Shown here: positions 1 through 17,522 of the stretch, piece after piece
Layout of the letters: every line of letters starts with the position of its first letter
Numbering within the stretch: the stretch's first letter is position 1
Assembly: GCA_050230475.1 (NCBI GenBank)
Contig: JBFLGF010000117.1
Location: forward strand, 1 to 64,000
DNA length: 64,000 bases
DNA from: Ancylonema sp.
Taxonomy: Eukaryota
Direction of reading: 5' to 3'
Position numbers and translations under genes: made by a program
The notes under the pieces: generated by a model
Database searches by the model: none
The model's input: only the letters and a program-made list of their open reading frames with translations
What the model was told of the DNA's origin: nothing

Positions 1-22
1 TACTAAGACTCTCGAGTCTGAA

Positions 23-2766
23 CTTTCTACTATCTTTTTGAAGAATAATTTATTGCAAGGAGACCATGATGAATTGATATATGAATTCTGAATTTGCACA
101 TGTTGAATACTTTACACAAAGGAGAGTAGTGCACGTTCAATATGCAATAGATGGGATTCAAGGGAAACAACTGTATAATTAATACAAGGGTTGCAAAATG
201 ATTGGTTGATTGGTTGCTTCATAATACGCACACGAAAGTGGTAACGATAAATCAAGCGTCACTGTGAATGAACGATTCACGAATTCAGTAACAGGTGCAG
301 CCAATTCAAAAGGTGAAGTTGTCTGGCTGAGCTCGCACAAAACAGTACAACGAATTCGTAACGATTTTCATGACGTCAACGAAACGGTTGACAATCAAAT
401 ACTTGCAAGTGTCACGATATTGCAAGGGTAACGATAATTATGACTACGGCAGAATTTCACACGATGCGTATGCAAACCGGCACACGGCTTTTCAATTACT
501 TGAGATGCGACACCAAGCACAAGCAAGCGAGTAATTTCAAAGAAACTTACGGTTGAATGAAGCGACGCGACGCTTAAAGGAAATCATAGAGAATATCAAA
601 GGCAAAACGGCACTCTTCATAATGATAGTAAACGATTTCATAATACACGAATTCAGAGAGATTGCAACATGATGACGACTGAAAAAAAGTTTGTTGAAAT
701 GTAGACATCGTAAACTGATAGCGGAAGATGGCAGTTTAGAAAGCGACTTTGGATTTTAAACAATCGACGCGGATTTTCTCACGCGGAATATTCTAGATCT
801 TATCTTGATCTAAGGCTGAAAACAAATATCGACTAGACAGGTAATCTCGACAGTCTATTCTAGATTTCTAGATTTTACACGTGCGGCACTTCACTCGCCA
901 AGCTGGCTGACTGAAAGTAACTCGGCGCGCTGTGGGAATCTTCTGACTCGTCAATACGACAAAATACTGAGAATCAAAGTAGAAAATGTTGTACACCGAC
1001 TTTTCTAGACTCACTGGGTTTATATCAAATCAAACATCTGACTGATCGAATATCATGTAACGACAGAGTTGGATATAACGATCAAAAATCGACAATTACC
1101 AAAATTGATATTTTTCAAGCGGGTCGACAATTAAAAAGTTTTTACTTTCTAACGATCTCTAGCGGCATGACAGTCTTGCCACCTCTAGTGACGACCGTTC
1201 AAGCCAGCAAATCGCCCATTTCAATCTCAAATTCTTATGTGTATTCAGGCAGATGGAATGCCGAGATATTGACAGCTGGTGCAGCTGAATTGTCAATATC
1301 AGTATGAATATAAGTATCAACAGCTGGTGCAGCTGGTGATTCGATATTAATTATATCAATGTCCGGTGATCGTGGACAGTTTTTGTCGATAGCTGGTGCA
1401 GCTGGTCGATCGATAATTTCAGCAGATTTAGTTATCTCCAGTTTGGTTAATCTCCCTCTACTATCTCGTGACCACTGCATGCACTACTCTTCCGAGCACA
1501 TCGAATACAAAATAGCAGAGAAAAAGTTGTCTAAAAAAAAAAAAAAAATCGAGGCAATTTACCTTTTCTGACTTTAAATTGTTGATAATTCAAGGTCTTC
1601 CGCGGTTGGATTGAAGTAGGATTGCATACTCAGTCTCTGCTCAGATATCAATATTATATCTATCACACGTCTCAGCGGTCTGGTGAAATTCACTACTTAA
1701 CGCCAAAGGCGAGCTAACAGATGGTTTATAGTACAAAAGTCTATGAACATACTATAAAGCAAACAAGATAGTCTGGAGCAGACTATCAAGGTTTACAACC
1801 GTAAGAGTTACTCTCGAGGAGAAAGAAAAGTATCGACGGCGCGTCGATAAAAGATGCAGGCTGAGAAAGAGCGTCAGCAGACAGGTGTAAACAACAAATG
1901 CTGGCTCGGAGCGAGCAACAACAAACACACACACACAAATGAAAGTGCCGGTTCGGAGTGAACGCAGGAAAATCAACAAATGTTTCACACACACACACAC
2001 ACGCTTGTTGTCTCAGAGAGAGAGCGTCAACGAATCGATGTAAGAAATTACAGTCGATTAACAAGCTGGCTCAGAAAGAGCGTCAGCAACAGATTCAGAT
2101 GAATCAGATCGAATACACACACACAGATTTTGCAAAGAATGATTTGCAATCTTACCGGCTGGCTGACGGATGTCAGGCTGAGTCGGAAGTCGAGCACGTT
2201 GCGAAGTCGCGTAAGCGAAGGGGGGATGCAATCACAGAATTGCAAAGGATTCAGATAACACAAAAGATTGTTGGAAGGGATTTCTTAACAGCGCAATCAG
2301 CGGAAGCTGGCAGATCTGAAAGTACAATTTGTCTTTTATCCAAACAAGGTTGTTGCGCGGTGTTAACTAGCACAGTTAACTAGAATTGTCGAAGATAGCG
2401 ACAAGCTGGCTTCTAGAACATCACAATTAATCTCGGCGCTCCGATGAAAGCCGCGCGAGATAGTACTCTAGTTCTACGGCTGGATTTAATCGCCGAGATT
2501 ATTGACAAGTCGAAAGGGACTTGTGATTTTAACAAAATCGACACGCAGCTATTTGTTGAAGACTGCTGGATTCTAGACTTCGGAAAATACGCCACCACGC
2601 ATTATTTTCGAGTCGTACAATTTCGTACTTCGCTATTTTTATAGCAAAGTACTAATTATAGAAAGTCGTTGTAACGAAATACTCTCGTTATGGCAAAGTA
2701 TTAATCTAGAGGGGTTTTTGAACAATCAAGAGGGGTTTCGCCTTAGCGATCTCTAGCGTCACGACA
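23..2766 (-). mobile_element. Degraded LTR-like sequences (two related copies, minus-strand 5' ends TGTC at 1172 and 2766)
   Basis: The motif CGATCTCTAGCG(G/T)CA(T/C)GACA ends at 1172, 2766 and 4237 (TG.. on the minus strand). Related internal motifs occur at ~740-780 and ~2510-2550. No coding capacity; left boundary approximate. Confidence 0.45.
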
Positions 2767-4237
2767 CTTTTAAGTCGTCTAGTAAGAGCAACGTGTGATA
2801 GCTTGCTAATAGTGAGTAGTACAACGAATAAAGCTCGAAAACTGTCTCGTTTATGTGATTGTTTACAATCACTCCCGCGATTCAAGCGAGCATCATACTC
2901 TTAGTTACGATATTCCAGCCTCTTATCCGCACTTCCACTACATCAACAAGACCCCTTTCCGTCGACACTTTGAATGCGATTACCCCTTCATCGACTGATT
3001 CCCTTATGTGTGCAACCCCAGGATTTCCCATGTGTTTTGCCAGTACCCCAAGTGCATACCCGATGTCCAGTCTGGTTTGTTTCATGGCATATATGAGTAG
3101 TCCCACTTTCCCACGAAAGTCTGTTATTTCTTCAGGGGTAGGGGGAAGAGTTGGTTCATCATTCTGTGTGAATTGAGTTCCAGGGGCGAGGGGGAGTTTT
3201 TGGTTGGATTACACTCATGCATCCCATAGCGTTCAAGCACTCCCCTTAAGAATCCTGTGTCTGTCCCAGTGTGAGCAGTCTTCTCTTCTGTCTATCCCTC
3301 TACACTTCCACCCCCAGGATATGGGTTAGGGGACCCAGATCCTTGACTTTGAACTTTTTACCCATATCTTCTTTAAAAGTTTTGATTGACGACCATTGCG
3401 TTAGGACCTGTGATCACCTTATCATCTACATGTATGCCCAGTATGATTCTGCTGTCTGCTTCCCCCCTCATATATATACATGTGTCCATTACGCATTGTT
3501 TAATCCCTTCACAGATATCATAAATTTGTTTTCTGAACATCTCTTGCCACACGTGGCTACTCTGTTTTAGACCGTATAAAGCCCCCTTAAGTCGTAAGAC
3601 CTTTCCCTCAGCCCCCATTGATATACATACGTGGTGGTATTTTCATGTAAACTTCTTCCTCCAGACGTCTATGCAGGAACGCTGTGATTACGTCCATCTG
3701 TTCCAGTTCCCAGTCATATTGGTTTGCTATAGAGAGGAGTAGGGTGATATAGATGTACTGTCGATTACTGGTGCAAATACTTCATTATATAGTCAATACC
3801 CTCTTGCTGTAAGAATCCCTGTGCGACCAGTCTGAACTTTATATCTTTCAATATCCCCCTGTGGTGTTGTTTGACCTTAAACACATATCTGCACCCCACA
3901 GCCTTTTTACCTGGAGGAAGCACACACACCTCAAAGGTGTAACGTCTCCAGGGATCTGCTAACTCCTCCACAATGGCCCTGTCCCACTGGTCCCAGTCTG
4001 GCCTCATCATCGCATGGTTGAGGGTGAGTGGCTCGGAGGAGTTGCTGTTAGATGCTACGCACGCGTAGCCGGATCCACAGGACCGTTGAAGCCAGTGTAG
4101 AAACTGCTGGGCTCCCACTCAGTCGCTGAGTAGTTGGCGTGAATGTCGAATACTCTCGTTATGGCAAAGTATTAATCTAGAGGGGTTTTTGAACAATCTA
4201 GAGGGGTTTCGCCTCAGCGATCTCTAGCGTCATGACA
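2678..4237. repeat. 89-bp direct repeats (2678-2766 and 4149-4237, 3 mismatches) flanking a Copia pol fragment
   Basis: AATACTCTCGTTATGGCAAAGTATTAATCTAGAGGGG...GCGTCA(C/T)GACA is present twice. Confidence 0.85.
2882..4118 (-). mobile_element. Ty1/Copia reverse transcriptase remnant (frameshifted)
   Basis: ORF pieces EPLTLNHAM..W..AIVEEL..LPPGKKAVGCRYVFKVK..RLVAQGFLQQEGIDY, LKGALYGLKQSSHVW, ILGIHVDD and GLLIYAM..TRLDIGYALGVLAKHMGNP match the RVT_2 motif order. Confidence 0.9.
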
Positions 4238-4910
4238 GGGAAATCGTGGGAAATAGCGAATATTTTTTTGGGTGTATATTCAGCCGCCAAAGTTGTAGGG
4301 TGTTATCTCACATATACGGGTATGTTGCTAGTCCGGGTGTTATTGTAGGCTCCGGACCGTCCGGACATCCTCCCCACATTTCGGGGATCACTTTTGTTCG
4401 GGACCAATATGGGGCCGGTCCTCAGGATGTAGTTCGGGACCCAACTGTAGCGGCAAACTCAAAGAACGAGTCCATTTCGCGGCGGCTTTTGGCGGGGTGG
4501 CGGAACCCTAGTGGTCAATAGTGAATGCGCCATTAGATTGTTGCGCCCAAATGTTGAATCGTTGATATGTACTCAGAAAACATTCGAGTTTGTTAGAGCT
4601 GTAGTTGGTCCCTATCCTATCGTGGATTCTCCAAGCCGGCGCCGATTTGGATCGAGCCCAATTCCAGAGTGGGATCAAGGATCGGGGGGTCGGAGAACAA
4701 CTACGGTATGCTCGACGAATGTATAAATCATTTTTATGCATACACCGCCAATTACGAGTCGTAGCCCTACAAGTATACAGATTGATGCTCAATAACACAA
4801 TATCAAACAAACTTTCCACTTCCCCGCCACTCATACTGTACACACAACACCCAACCTCTCTTCCCTCCTCCTAAAATAATAACATACAAAAAACAAAAAA
4901 AGGACTCCCA

Positions 4911-9756
<4,846 letters not shown>

Positions 9757-10383
9757 GTCAAAAACAGTGAGAGATTTTCCTGGATCGTAAAAGGGGTAAT
9801 ATATTCGTAAAATTCGAAATACCAGAATGAAATTCTGGTAGTAGAATTAGATGGGAAAAGTAAAATGCCGTCCCAGGAGGGGTGAGATGAATAAATGTAA
9901 CGTGGGAGTCGATGGAAGTCGCTTACGACGGTCAGCTATATATTGTGCTGCCTGCACTCTTGGATTTTGACTTGTCCATTTCGTCGAGTCTGCCAAGAGG
10001 CGTGTAAGGTTTTCATTAACGCATGTGACAGCTGTGTGATACCATATTCTACTTATGGTGCAGACGGACGGACGGCTGTATTGGGCTACAGTGCCCCTGC
10101 AGTGGATTCTGGCGCCAATAATCCAGGCGACCACTTGTTGCCTGACACAGCGACTGCCGCGGACGTCAGCATGACGTCCGGGTGCACCTCAGCATGCGAT
10201 AACGTGATTTGTAAGATGCCGTCACAGTTCGTTTCCCACGTGGTCACGATCATTTGTTCCAAAGAATTGGGAAGTCAGACTGCGGCAACTTCAATTTGTC
10301 AGATGCGAAAAGTTGTGGCCCACAATCGACTTGGTGCGTTAACCGAGCATTATAGTTGACGGTCTCAAAACTTCTGAACTGTG
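9757..10383. promoter_or_regulatory. Probable shared divergent promoter between TTL and the RimP-like gene
   Basis: Head-to-head gene starts lie <1 kb apart. No specific element was identified. Confidence 0.4.
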
Positions 10384-10609
10384 ATGAGTTCGGTGGCGGT
10401 TATCTCCGGTTCAAAGATGTTCGGTTCGCCGCTCCGCGAAATGGACGGCGGCGTTCACGGAGGTGGTTATAACTCACGTGCGGCCCTCACAGCCTCCCTT
10501 GGCGTTGCGAGGCCGCTGAAACGTTTACGAAGCTCTGAATTCAGCAACTACGTGGCACATTTCTATCATCTCCTCGTGCTGATACCTTCTGCTCTGCGGG
10601 AGGCTCATT

Positions 10610-13319
10610 GTGGCTCAGACGCGTCACTATTTTGCCCTGCTTCTGCGCAGGGCAGGTCTTCTTAACACCTTTACGGCTAGATCCGCTATGACATCTGCTA
10701 GTCCGTCAATTCTTCCGTGCTACATCGAAGTTCAGAAGGAGAATAAATTACGCCTGTTACCTCAGGTTCAACGTGTATATTCGGGTACGGGTACCGAGAC
10801 CAGAAATGTATTTTTTGCCTCTGCAGAATTACATTTCCCTGCCGGAAAGAAACCATTCGGAAAAACCGGACAACCTTTAGCAGTACATCCTCCGACCTTT
10901 AGAATTCCAACTGCGTTTCGTCAAAATGCAAGCTCCAGCTTTTGCGGTAAAGCAAACGCCGGAAAATATTTATTAGCTGAAGACGGGGAGTTGGACAGAA
11001 AAGTCAAGGTCGAAAGCTCTGAGACTGAAGATGTGGCTGAAGAAGACGATGAAGTAGATTTTGAGGACGACGAGCCTGAATTTGACGAGGGGGGGGACAT
11101 TGATGAGATTGGTAAGGGTCCCTTCAGCTCCATCAGACTTCCGATTATGATAATGAAGCTTTCAACCTTCTGGAGTGCGATAGGCTTCACTTCAATGCTC
11201 GCAGTAATCTCTCTGTGAACGAGATCCATAGACTGCGTTCCAGTCGATGGCACGTGCATCAAGTGGCCTGCTTGGCCTTTGACTAGCGTAACGCATGATC
11301 CTGGTCAAAGGAGCGTGTCCCTGGCTGCCAGAAGATGTCAGACCACTTTGCATAGATGCAGCATAAAAAATCTGACGTTGCCACGGGTCCCCCGTAGTCA
11401 TGAACCCGCAAGTACCTTGTATTTGAAGGACAGCAGGCTAACCAGTGCTTGTGGGCGTGCCAGAGGACAGCGAGGAGGCTGAGTGGGAGGCAGACAGTGA
11501 GTGGATCGAGGAGGATGAGGAACAAGATGTGCAGGTGAGGAGGAGGACTGAGTGTAGTGACATTGTGGGGTTCGAATCCATCCCAAAACCAATAGTGAAG
11601 GAACTGAGACTTCCTGTCCGTAAGGTGTGAGATGGCGAAAATTGTACGAAACTACAGTACAATGTACCTCAACCACTCACTCGTACGCGGAATCTATGCG
11701 GATGAGATGGGTAGACCCTATCATGTGGCTGTGCAGGATAGGTGCAGAAGATATGATCATGAGAATCATCCTTGTGGTATCCTGCATATCTTCAATATAC
11801 GCTGCACTGAAGGAGATGTACACGATATAAACGACCAACGCGGCACATGGTAGCAAACGAGCACACAAAAGCTGAAGTCGCGCTGAAGAGAGGGTAACAT
11901 ACTAGACATCCTCCGAGTCTCGAAAATGCGTGGGCCTGGACCCCAGTTCCAAGAGTCAACCACCAAAAGTCAATAATCTTTCCTGCCTGCTCTCCTCTGC
12001 TACCAGCTCGGCGACGGTGGTCAGGGAGGAGGTATCATTCGACCCGAGGCTGAGTGGGGCCGACTTGCCCTAGCCATCGCAGAGAAGCTGGTGGAGGTGG
12101 GAGAGGGTGGAGAAGAAGCTCTTGCCATTTATGCCTTCAGAGTGGACCCTGGCAGGGGTGTCATCCGACTGCGGCTGGACAAGCCGAGTGACAAGTGAGG
12201 AGGAGAGTGGGGGAAGAAGTTGGGAGGGTTTGGTTTGAGGGTAGGGATTCAGGAAAGAAGTGGTGTGTTGTTCAGATTTGAGGGACCTGGAAGGTTTCAT
12301 TGGTATCATCAATGGTCGAGACAGCTTTTGAATCTGGGAATGTTTTGCATCCTACTGCAAGCCCCGAAGGCAAGACAATGCAGTCACAGCTGTCCCTCTC
12401 CATAGGTACAACCTTTCTATAGGGTGAATGGGGATCGTTCATTTTCTACATATTTTATTAGCTGTCAAGGCACAATCCCTACACAGACACAAAAATACCA
12501 CACCGCCAAAAGGGTGCCTATTGGGAAGGACGGAAATAGGTAACCAGTGATTTTGGTTTCCTGCCAGGTATGGATCCCCGAGCGTGGAAGAAATCGAATT
12601 TTTTTCGCGGACCTTCAGCGGACAGCTAGACGACGCAGTGGCAGCTGGCACCATGAGAGCGGACTTTGCACTGGAGGTACAGAGTGATGATGAATCTGCT
12701 GCCAGGTGGCATGCCAGGTGGCAGTGACAGCTCCTTGTTCAAAAAGTAAACACGAGCGCTTTGGCTGCCAGGTTTCTGCCGCTTTTAAAGATTCAAGTCT
12801 CTTTCATAAACATCCCTTCCTACCACAGGCTGGTCTCATACTTCCGTGAACATAATAGAACTCTGATACCAATTCGTGGCCTCATCTCATGTCTGGTATC
12901 ACGAGGTAGAGAACTTCTGCCCAGCATCAACAGCGCTGGTAACGGTCGAATGCGAAGCTGCCACGTGGCTCTCATGTTTCCATTTCCGTGGGGGGAATAA
13001 TTTGACATTCCCGCAGGTTTCATCACCAGGGGCAGAGCGGGTCGTGAAGGTGCCGTCGGAACTGAACCGTTTTTCTGCCCTGCCTATGTACGTCAAGTAT
13101 CGGGTGGCCTCCGATAAGGGGGAGGTGGTGGAGGAGGAGATTTTGGAGCTGGTAGAAGTGGATGACGAATCGGGGAGTGCCACGTGGAAAGTGGCAAATG
13201 TGAAGATCAACCGGGAGGTGGCTGGGAAGGGGAGGGGACTGACGAAGAAGCAACGGGAGAGGAGAATACGGACGCCATTTGAGGACGTGGAGATTGTTAG
13301 GGTGTATGTGGACATTTGA
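10610..13319 (+). CDS. rimP: Plastid ribosome maturation factor RimP-like (DUF150) protein; exons (5' end uncertain)-11111, 11464-11534, 12007-12194, 12568-12676, 13017-13319
   Basis: Phase-consistent GT-AG exons give an acidic N-region, then LGDGGQGGG..WGRLAL..IRLRLDKPSDKYGSPSVEEIEFFS..FALEVSSPGAERVVKVP..WKVANVKINRE..GKGRGLTKKQR..VYVDI*. LEVSSPG is the RimP signature. The start is uncertain (ATG at 10384 or 10688). Confidence 0.9.
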
Positions 13320-14317
13320 AAGTTTGTCATATTGTACGTTCGTGGGAAGGGGATGAAATAACTTTGTTTGGTATTTTTAAAGGAGTGTGTTGTCATTTGA
13401 GGCAAACACAAAGGAAGAGAGTCGATGGAAGCATAGACTAAGGGTTGTCAATGAGCATTTAAGATGGGAAATTCTAACCTTGAGTTATGTTGTTTGAAAC
13501 TGACACGGACATCGAAGTGGCGACCAACTTTGATGGAAGCCTAATTGATCCGTCACGTTGAGCTCGAGCATGCAATGATTATGCCATTTCATCCCGGTTG
13601 AGCACAAGTAGTCTCGCGGTTAATAATTGATGCTTATGGCATTAACTAGTCACATTGTTATTTAGTTGTGATGAGAGCAATTTTTAATAATTTGTTAGTC
13701 GAGATTTAAATAAGAGGTCACAAAATGTCATCAAGAAAAACAATATAAATAAATACATAAGATGCCTAGGAGTTGGTGTGGGGTTGTGATTGTTTGTTCT
13801 CCTCAAAACCACATCGAAGTTCTCAAGTTGCGATCAATAACGTATATTTGACAATCAACGTTGTGACATCGCTCTCAATATGTCCACTACACTCTACAAC
13901 TCAACCACAATTTGGCCCCAATCCACCAAATCCTCGATCCCAAAGCCTCCATCCTTGGTCCCCGATCACATTCCGATCCGTATCGGAAACGGATCGAAAA
14001 CTTCCCTATCGGATAAGGGGAAATAGGGAGGGGGGCAACTTCAGTGTTTTGTACACCACTTTCGGTGCACATGAAGTTTAAAATTTGAATTTCACCTAAT
14101 CATCGCGGTTGTGATCCAATTTCGATTGGGTCGGATCCGGATTCGAAAGTGATCAGGAATTTCCGAATGGGTTGGGGGGCAACTATATAACGCTAAACTT
14201 GTGCATAACACCCAAAAAAAAAGAAAAAGTCACGAAAGACTACGCAGTGAGTCTATGCAGTACATCCCTGCATGGTGAGTGTAAGCTAGGATTTGCGCCT
14301 TGTCAACATGTTAAGGT

Positions 14318-14687
14318 CATATTTACACGGACCGGCGGACCGGGGTTCCGAGGTCCCGGTTCCGGACCCGGGTCCGCCAAAATGCCGGACCGGCGATAGT
14401 AGGAGACTTTCGCTTTTTCTTTCGGGAGTTTGAAAGATTTGCTGTGGATAGAAAAATCCGGAAATTATATACTTTGTTTGTAATTTTGGCTTGTGCTTTG
14501 TGCAAAATTGGAAAACAAAATGTAGACTCTAAAGTTTCCCCGAAATGAACATTTCTACCTGATGATTGCCGGGAAAAATAAAAACGCTAAAAGATCCCCG
14601 GTCCGACCGCGGTCCGACCGGCTCACGACTCCGGACCCGGTCCGACTGCGGTCCGAAAAACCAATCTTGCCGGTCCGTGCAACTATG
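14318..14687. mobile_element. hAT-type MITE
   Basis: TIRs CATATTTACACGGACCGG / CCGGTCCGTGCAACTATG; flanks GTTAAGGT and GTTATGGT (7/8 TSD). Confidence 0.8.
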
Positions 14688-14838
14688 GTTATGGTAAACA
14701 CATTTGTCGCATCTCCGCACTGTAGGTACGTTTGCCACTTCTCTAGGATGCCTGCACACAATACCGATAAAATTTCCGTCTTTCATAGTTGGGCCCGATC
14801 CATCCGGATTCCCGATCCGGATCTGCGCTGGATCGGAC

Positions 14839-15734
14839 CATAGTTACCCGGACCGGCAAAATCGAATTTTGGAACCGAGGACCGCCCCGGTTCGAGATGC
14901 GGACCGGGACGGACCGCGCGGTTCTTAGGGTTTCTTTCTTTGGCGGGTATTTTTCAAAAAGCGGGTTTTTCTTTTCTTTTCTTTTCTAACCCTACGTGTT
15001 ATGCCTAGGCCCCACCTTTGAAACGCCTGGTATTTCTTGCATTTCAAAAATAATATAAGAAGGAGGCATAAGGATGGTAGGATGCTACAATGTCAAGTAT
15101 TTATTATGTGGTGGGAGCATGGATCAATAACTTGAGGTATGCGTAGATGAGGCAAAGGCATGAGTAGTAAACCGGCCGAATAATTTTACATTTGATATGT
15201 GATATGTGTATATTAAACTTGGATTACGAAGTTGTTTGACAATTATGGTGAATGATAGGGTATATTGATTCGTTGAAACTTTCAACTTTAAAGATAAACA
15301 ATGTCCACATTCAAGATTCAATAATCGTTTTAACATTGCAACCTCTCTTATTTCCATGTGAGCTATGATGAAAATGAGTACATGAGAAAACGATAAAATG
15401 TATTTAAGTTCCTTATTGCTAATAATGGTGTTGGCGGAGAGGGAGCAAAAAGTACTTGGTCACATGTTATGAAAAAAAACGAGTTAGCACGTCGGTTTTT
15501 GGGTTTTCATTTATTAATGGCTTGACAAATCATTTTTGTAATTTTTGATATTTTTGATAGATGCAAATTGAAAAACTACACAAGAAAAAAACATTTCCGA
15601 AGTTTTTTTGTTAACGAGGAAAAAAATAAAGAACCTATAAAAATTGATTTTACCCTAAATCGCCGGTCCGAGGTTTTGGGCTTCGAAGGACGGACCCCGG
15701 TCCGAACCCGGTTCCGAAGGTTCGGGTAGCAATG
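14839..15734. mobile_element. hAT-type non-autonomous element nested in a related MITE (14784-~15798)
   Basis: Degenerate TIRs CATAGTTACCCGGACC / GGTTCGGGTAGCAATG with a perfect 8-bp TSD GATCGGAC (14831-14838, 15735-15742). The host element has ends CATAGTTGGGCCCGATCC / GGATCGGGCCCGACAAGG. Confidence 0.8.
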
Positions 15735-15821
15735 GATCGGACCCGATCCGGATCGGCGCCGGATCCGAAACATTCCTATCGGATCGGGCCCGACAAGGCG
15801 GCGGCACGGAGGGGAGGGGAC

Positions 15822-17129
15822 TTTTGATGGGGCGCAACACGCGACACAACCCAATCCCGCGACTCCGTTCGGGTTGCGCATCTCCCGCCCCCGACCAGGC
15901 AAAACACAACCCCCGCAACTAGCAACACGGAATTGGGGGTTGCGTTATGTTGCGGGGCTGCGTCTGGGTTGTGTATTGCTTTTTGGGGTTTCTTGTTGCT
16001 TTTTGGAGTTGCGTGGCGTTGCGTGGGGCTGCGTGGGGTTGAGAAAAAATATCGGGGAAAAAATCGATCCCATCATGGGATCGATATCTCGAGATACGGT
16101 TCAGATTCTTCGTCATAAATTTGCTTAATCCTGGAGTGACGGAGCATCTTCACAATCCAACATTTAGCGCTCAAATGCGTTGTAGGGTGGGGAGGCAGGA
16201 TGCCTCCCCACCTCCTTGCCTATATTCTAGGACAGTTGATACTATAACCGTGTTGTCCATTGTGCCACCATGGCGTGGTAGTTTAACTAAGATTGCAAAT
16301 TAGTTTTCGTTTGTGCTTCGATTATGATTGCAACACTTTCATTTGTGACAATTTTGGTGTAGAGTAAGAATAATAATTATTCCCCCCCCCCAAAAAAAAA
16401 ATTGTAGGCGCGAATCCGGAACGTGTCATGTTTATTGTCGAAATGACACGTACCAACTCCCTCACCAACAATAACATCACTTCACGTATGGTCCCAAGTA
16501 TTGCTTTCTTCTTGTCTTCACAGTGCGAAGTGATGCAATGGTGTCACACTCCCATGCAACGAAAAGATTAATGATGAATCTGCCTACAATGTATATTTCT
16601 TCCTTGAAAAATATAAAGAAATGGGAAAAATTGTTGCGAAACGATAACAGGATAACAGGAAACCGCACCTAAGGTTTCTATTAAGATAATGGCAAAATAT
16701 TTATACTTTCGGTGCGTTCGGTGCGATGGATGAAGAAACCTCAATCAAATATACCCACCCATTTAACCATAACCGAACATCGACTTTGAAGGCATTACAA
16801 ATTTTAAAGCAAAAGAAAAACATGTTTATATTGAAATCATCTGACTACCTTCCGATGATTTCATCTTACTCGGATGTAAACATGTGCGGTGTGTTACTAA
16901 TAACAACGCTCAATATCTCGCATTATATGTATAATAACTTTGTATCAAAAATATAATGCATCTATTTGGGGGTGACTTGTTTTTCTTGTGTTTTATTTGG
17001 GGTTGCGTGCTGTTTTTTGGGGTTGCGTGCTGCTTTTTGGAGTTGCGTGTTGCTATTTGGGGTTGCGCGGGGTTGCGAAAGACAAGCAGCACGCAAACTA
17101 AAGGGGTTTAGGGTTGCGTCCCAACCCTA
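15822..17129. mobile_element. Degenerate hAT-like element with CGCAAC/GTTGCG subterminal repeats
   Basis: Right end GGGTTGCGTCCCAACCCTA (TAGGG-type TIR); many GGGTTGCG motifs near both ends. The left TIR is degraded and no TSD was found. Confidence 0.45.
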
Positions 17130-17522
17130 GGGGGAACTAGTTTTTTTAGGCGTTTCACGCCACAATGGGTGCATATTAATTTTATTTGTTTCATCGGTTT
17201 TCACATCATGTTCGGCGGCTCCGATCCGAATCGGCACCGGATCGGGTCCAATCAGCATTGTTGCCGGATCACATAATCCCCATTTGGGCCCGGCCCAACT
17301 ATGTCTTCATTTTTTTTGGCCCCCCTTCTTGAATCTTCCTCTCCACCTCCCTCATAAAGTACTTGATATTGACATTACTCACAAATCAAGCATTGTAAGA
17401 TGTAGACACTACATCATAAAGACACACCGGTGTCGCCATAAATTTTGTGCATATAGATGAACATTCTATTTGCATTATCTCTGATGCAGAATAAGAGTGC
17501 TAGCAGGTTGCGATATGCCTAA

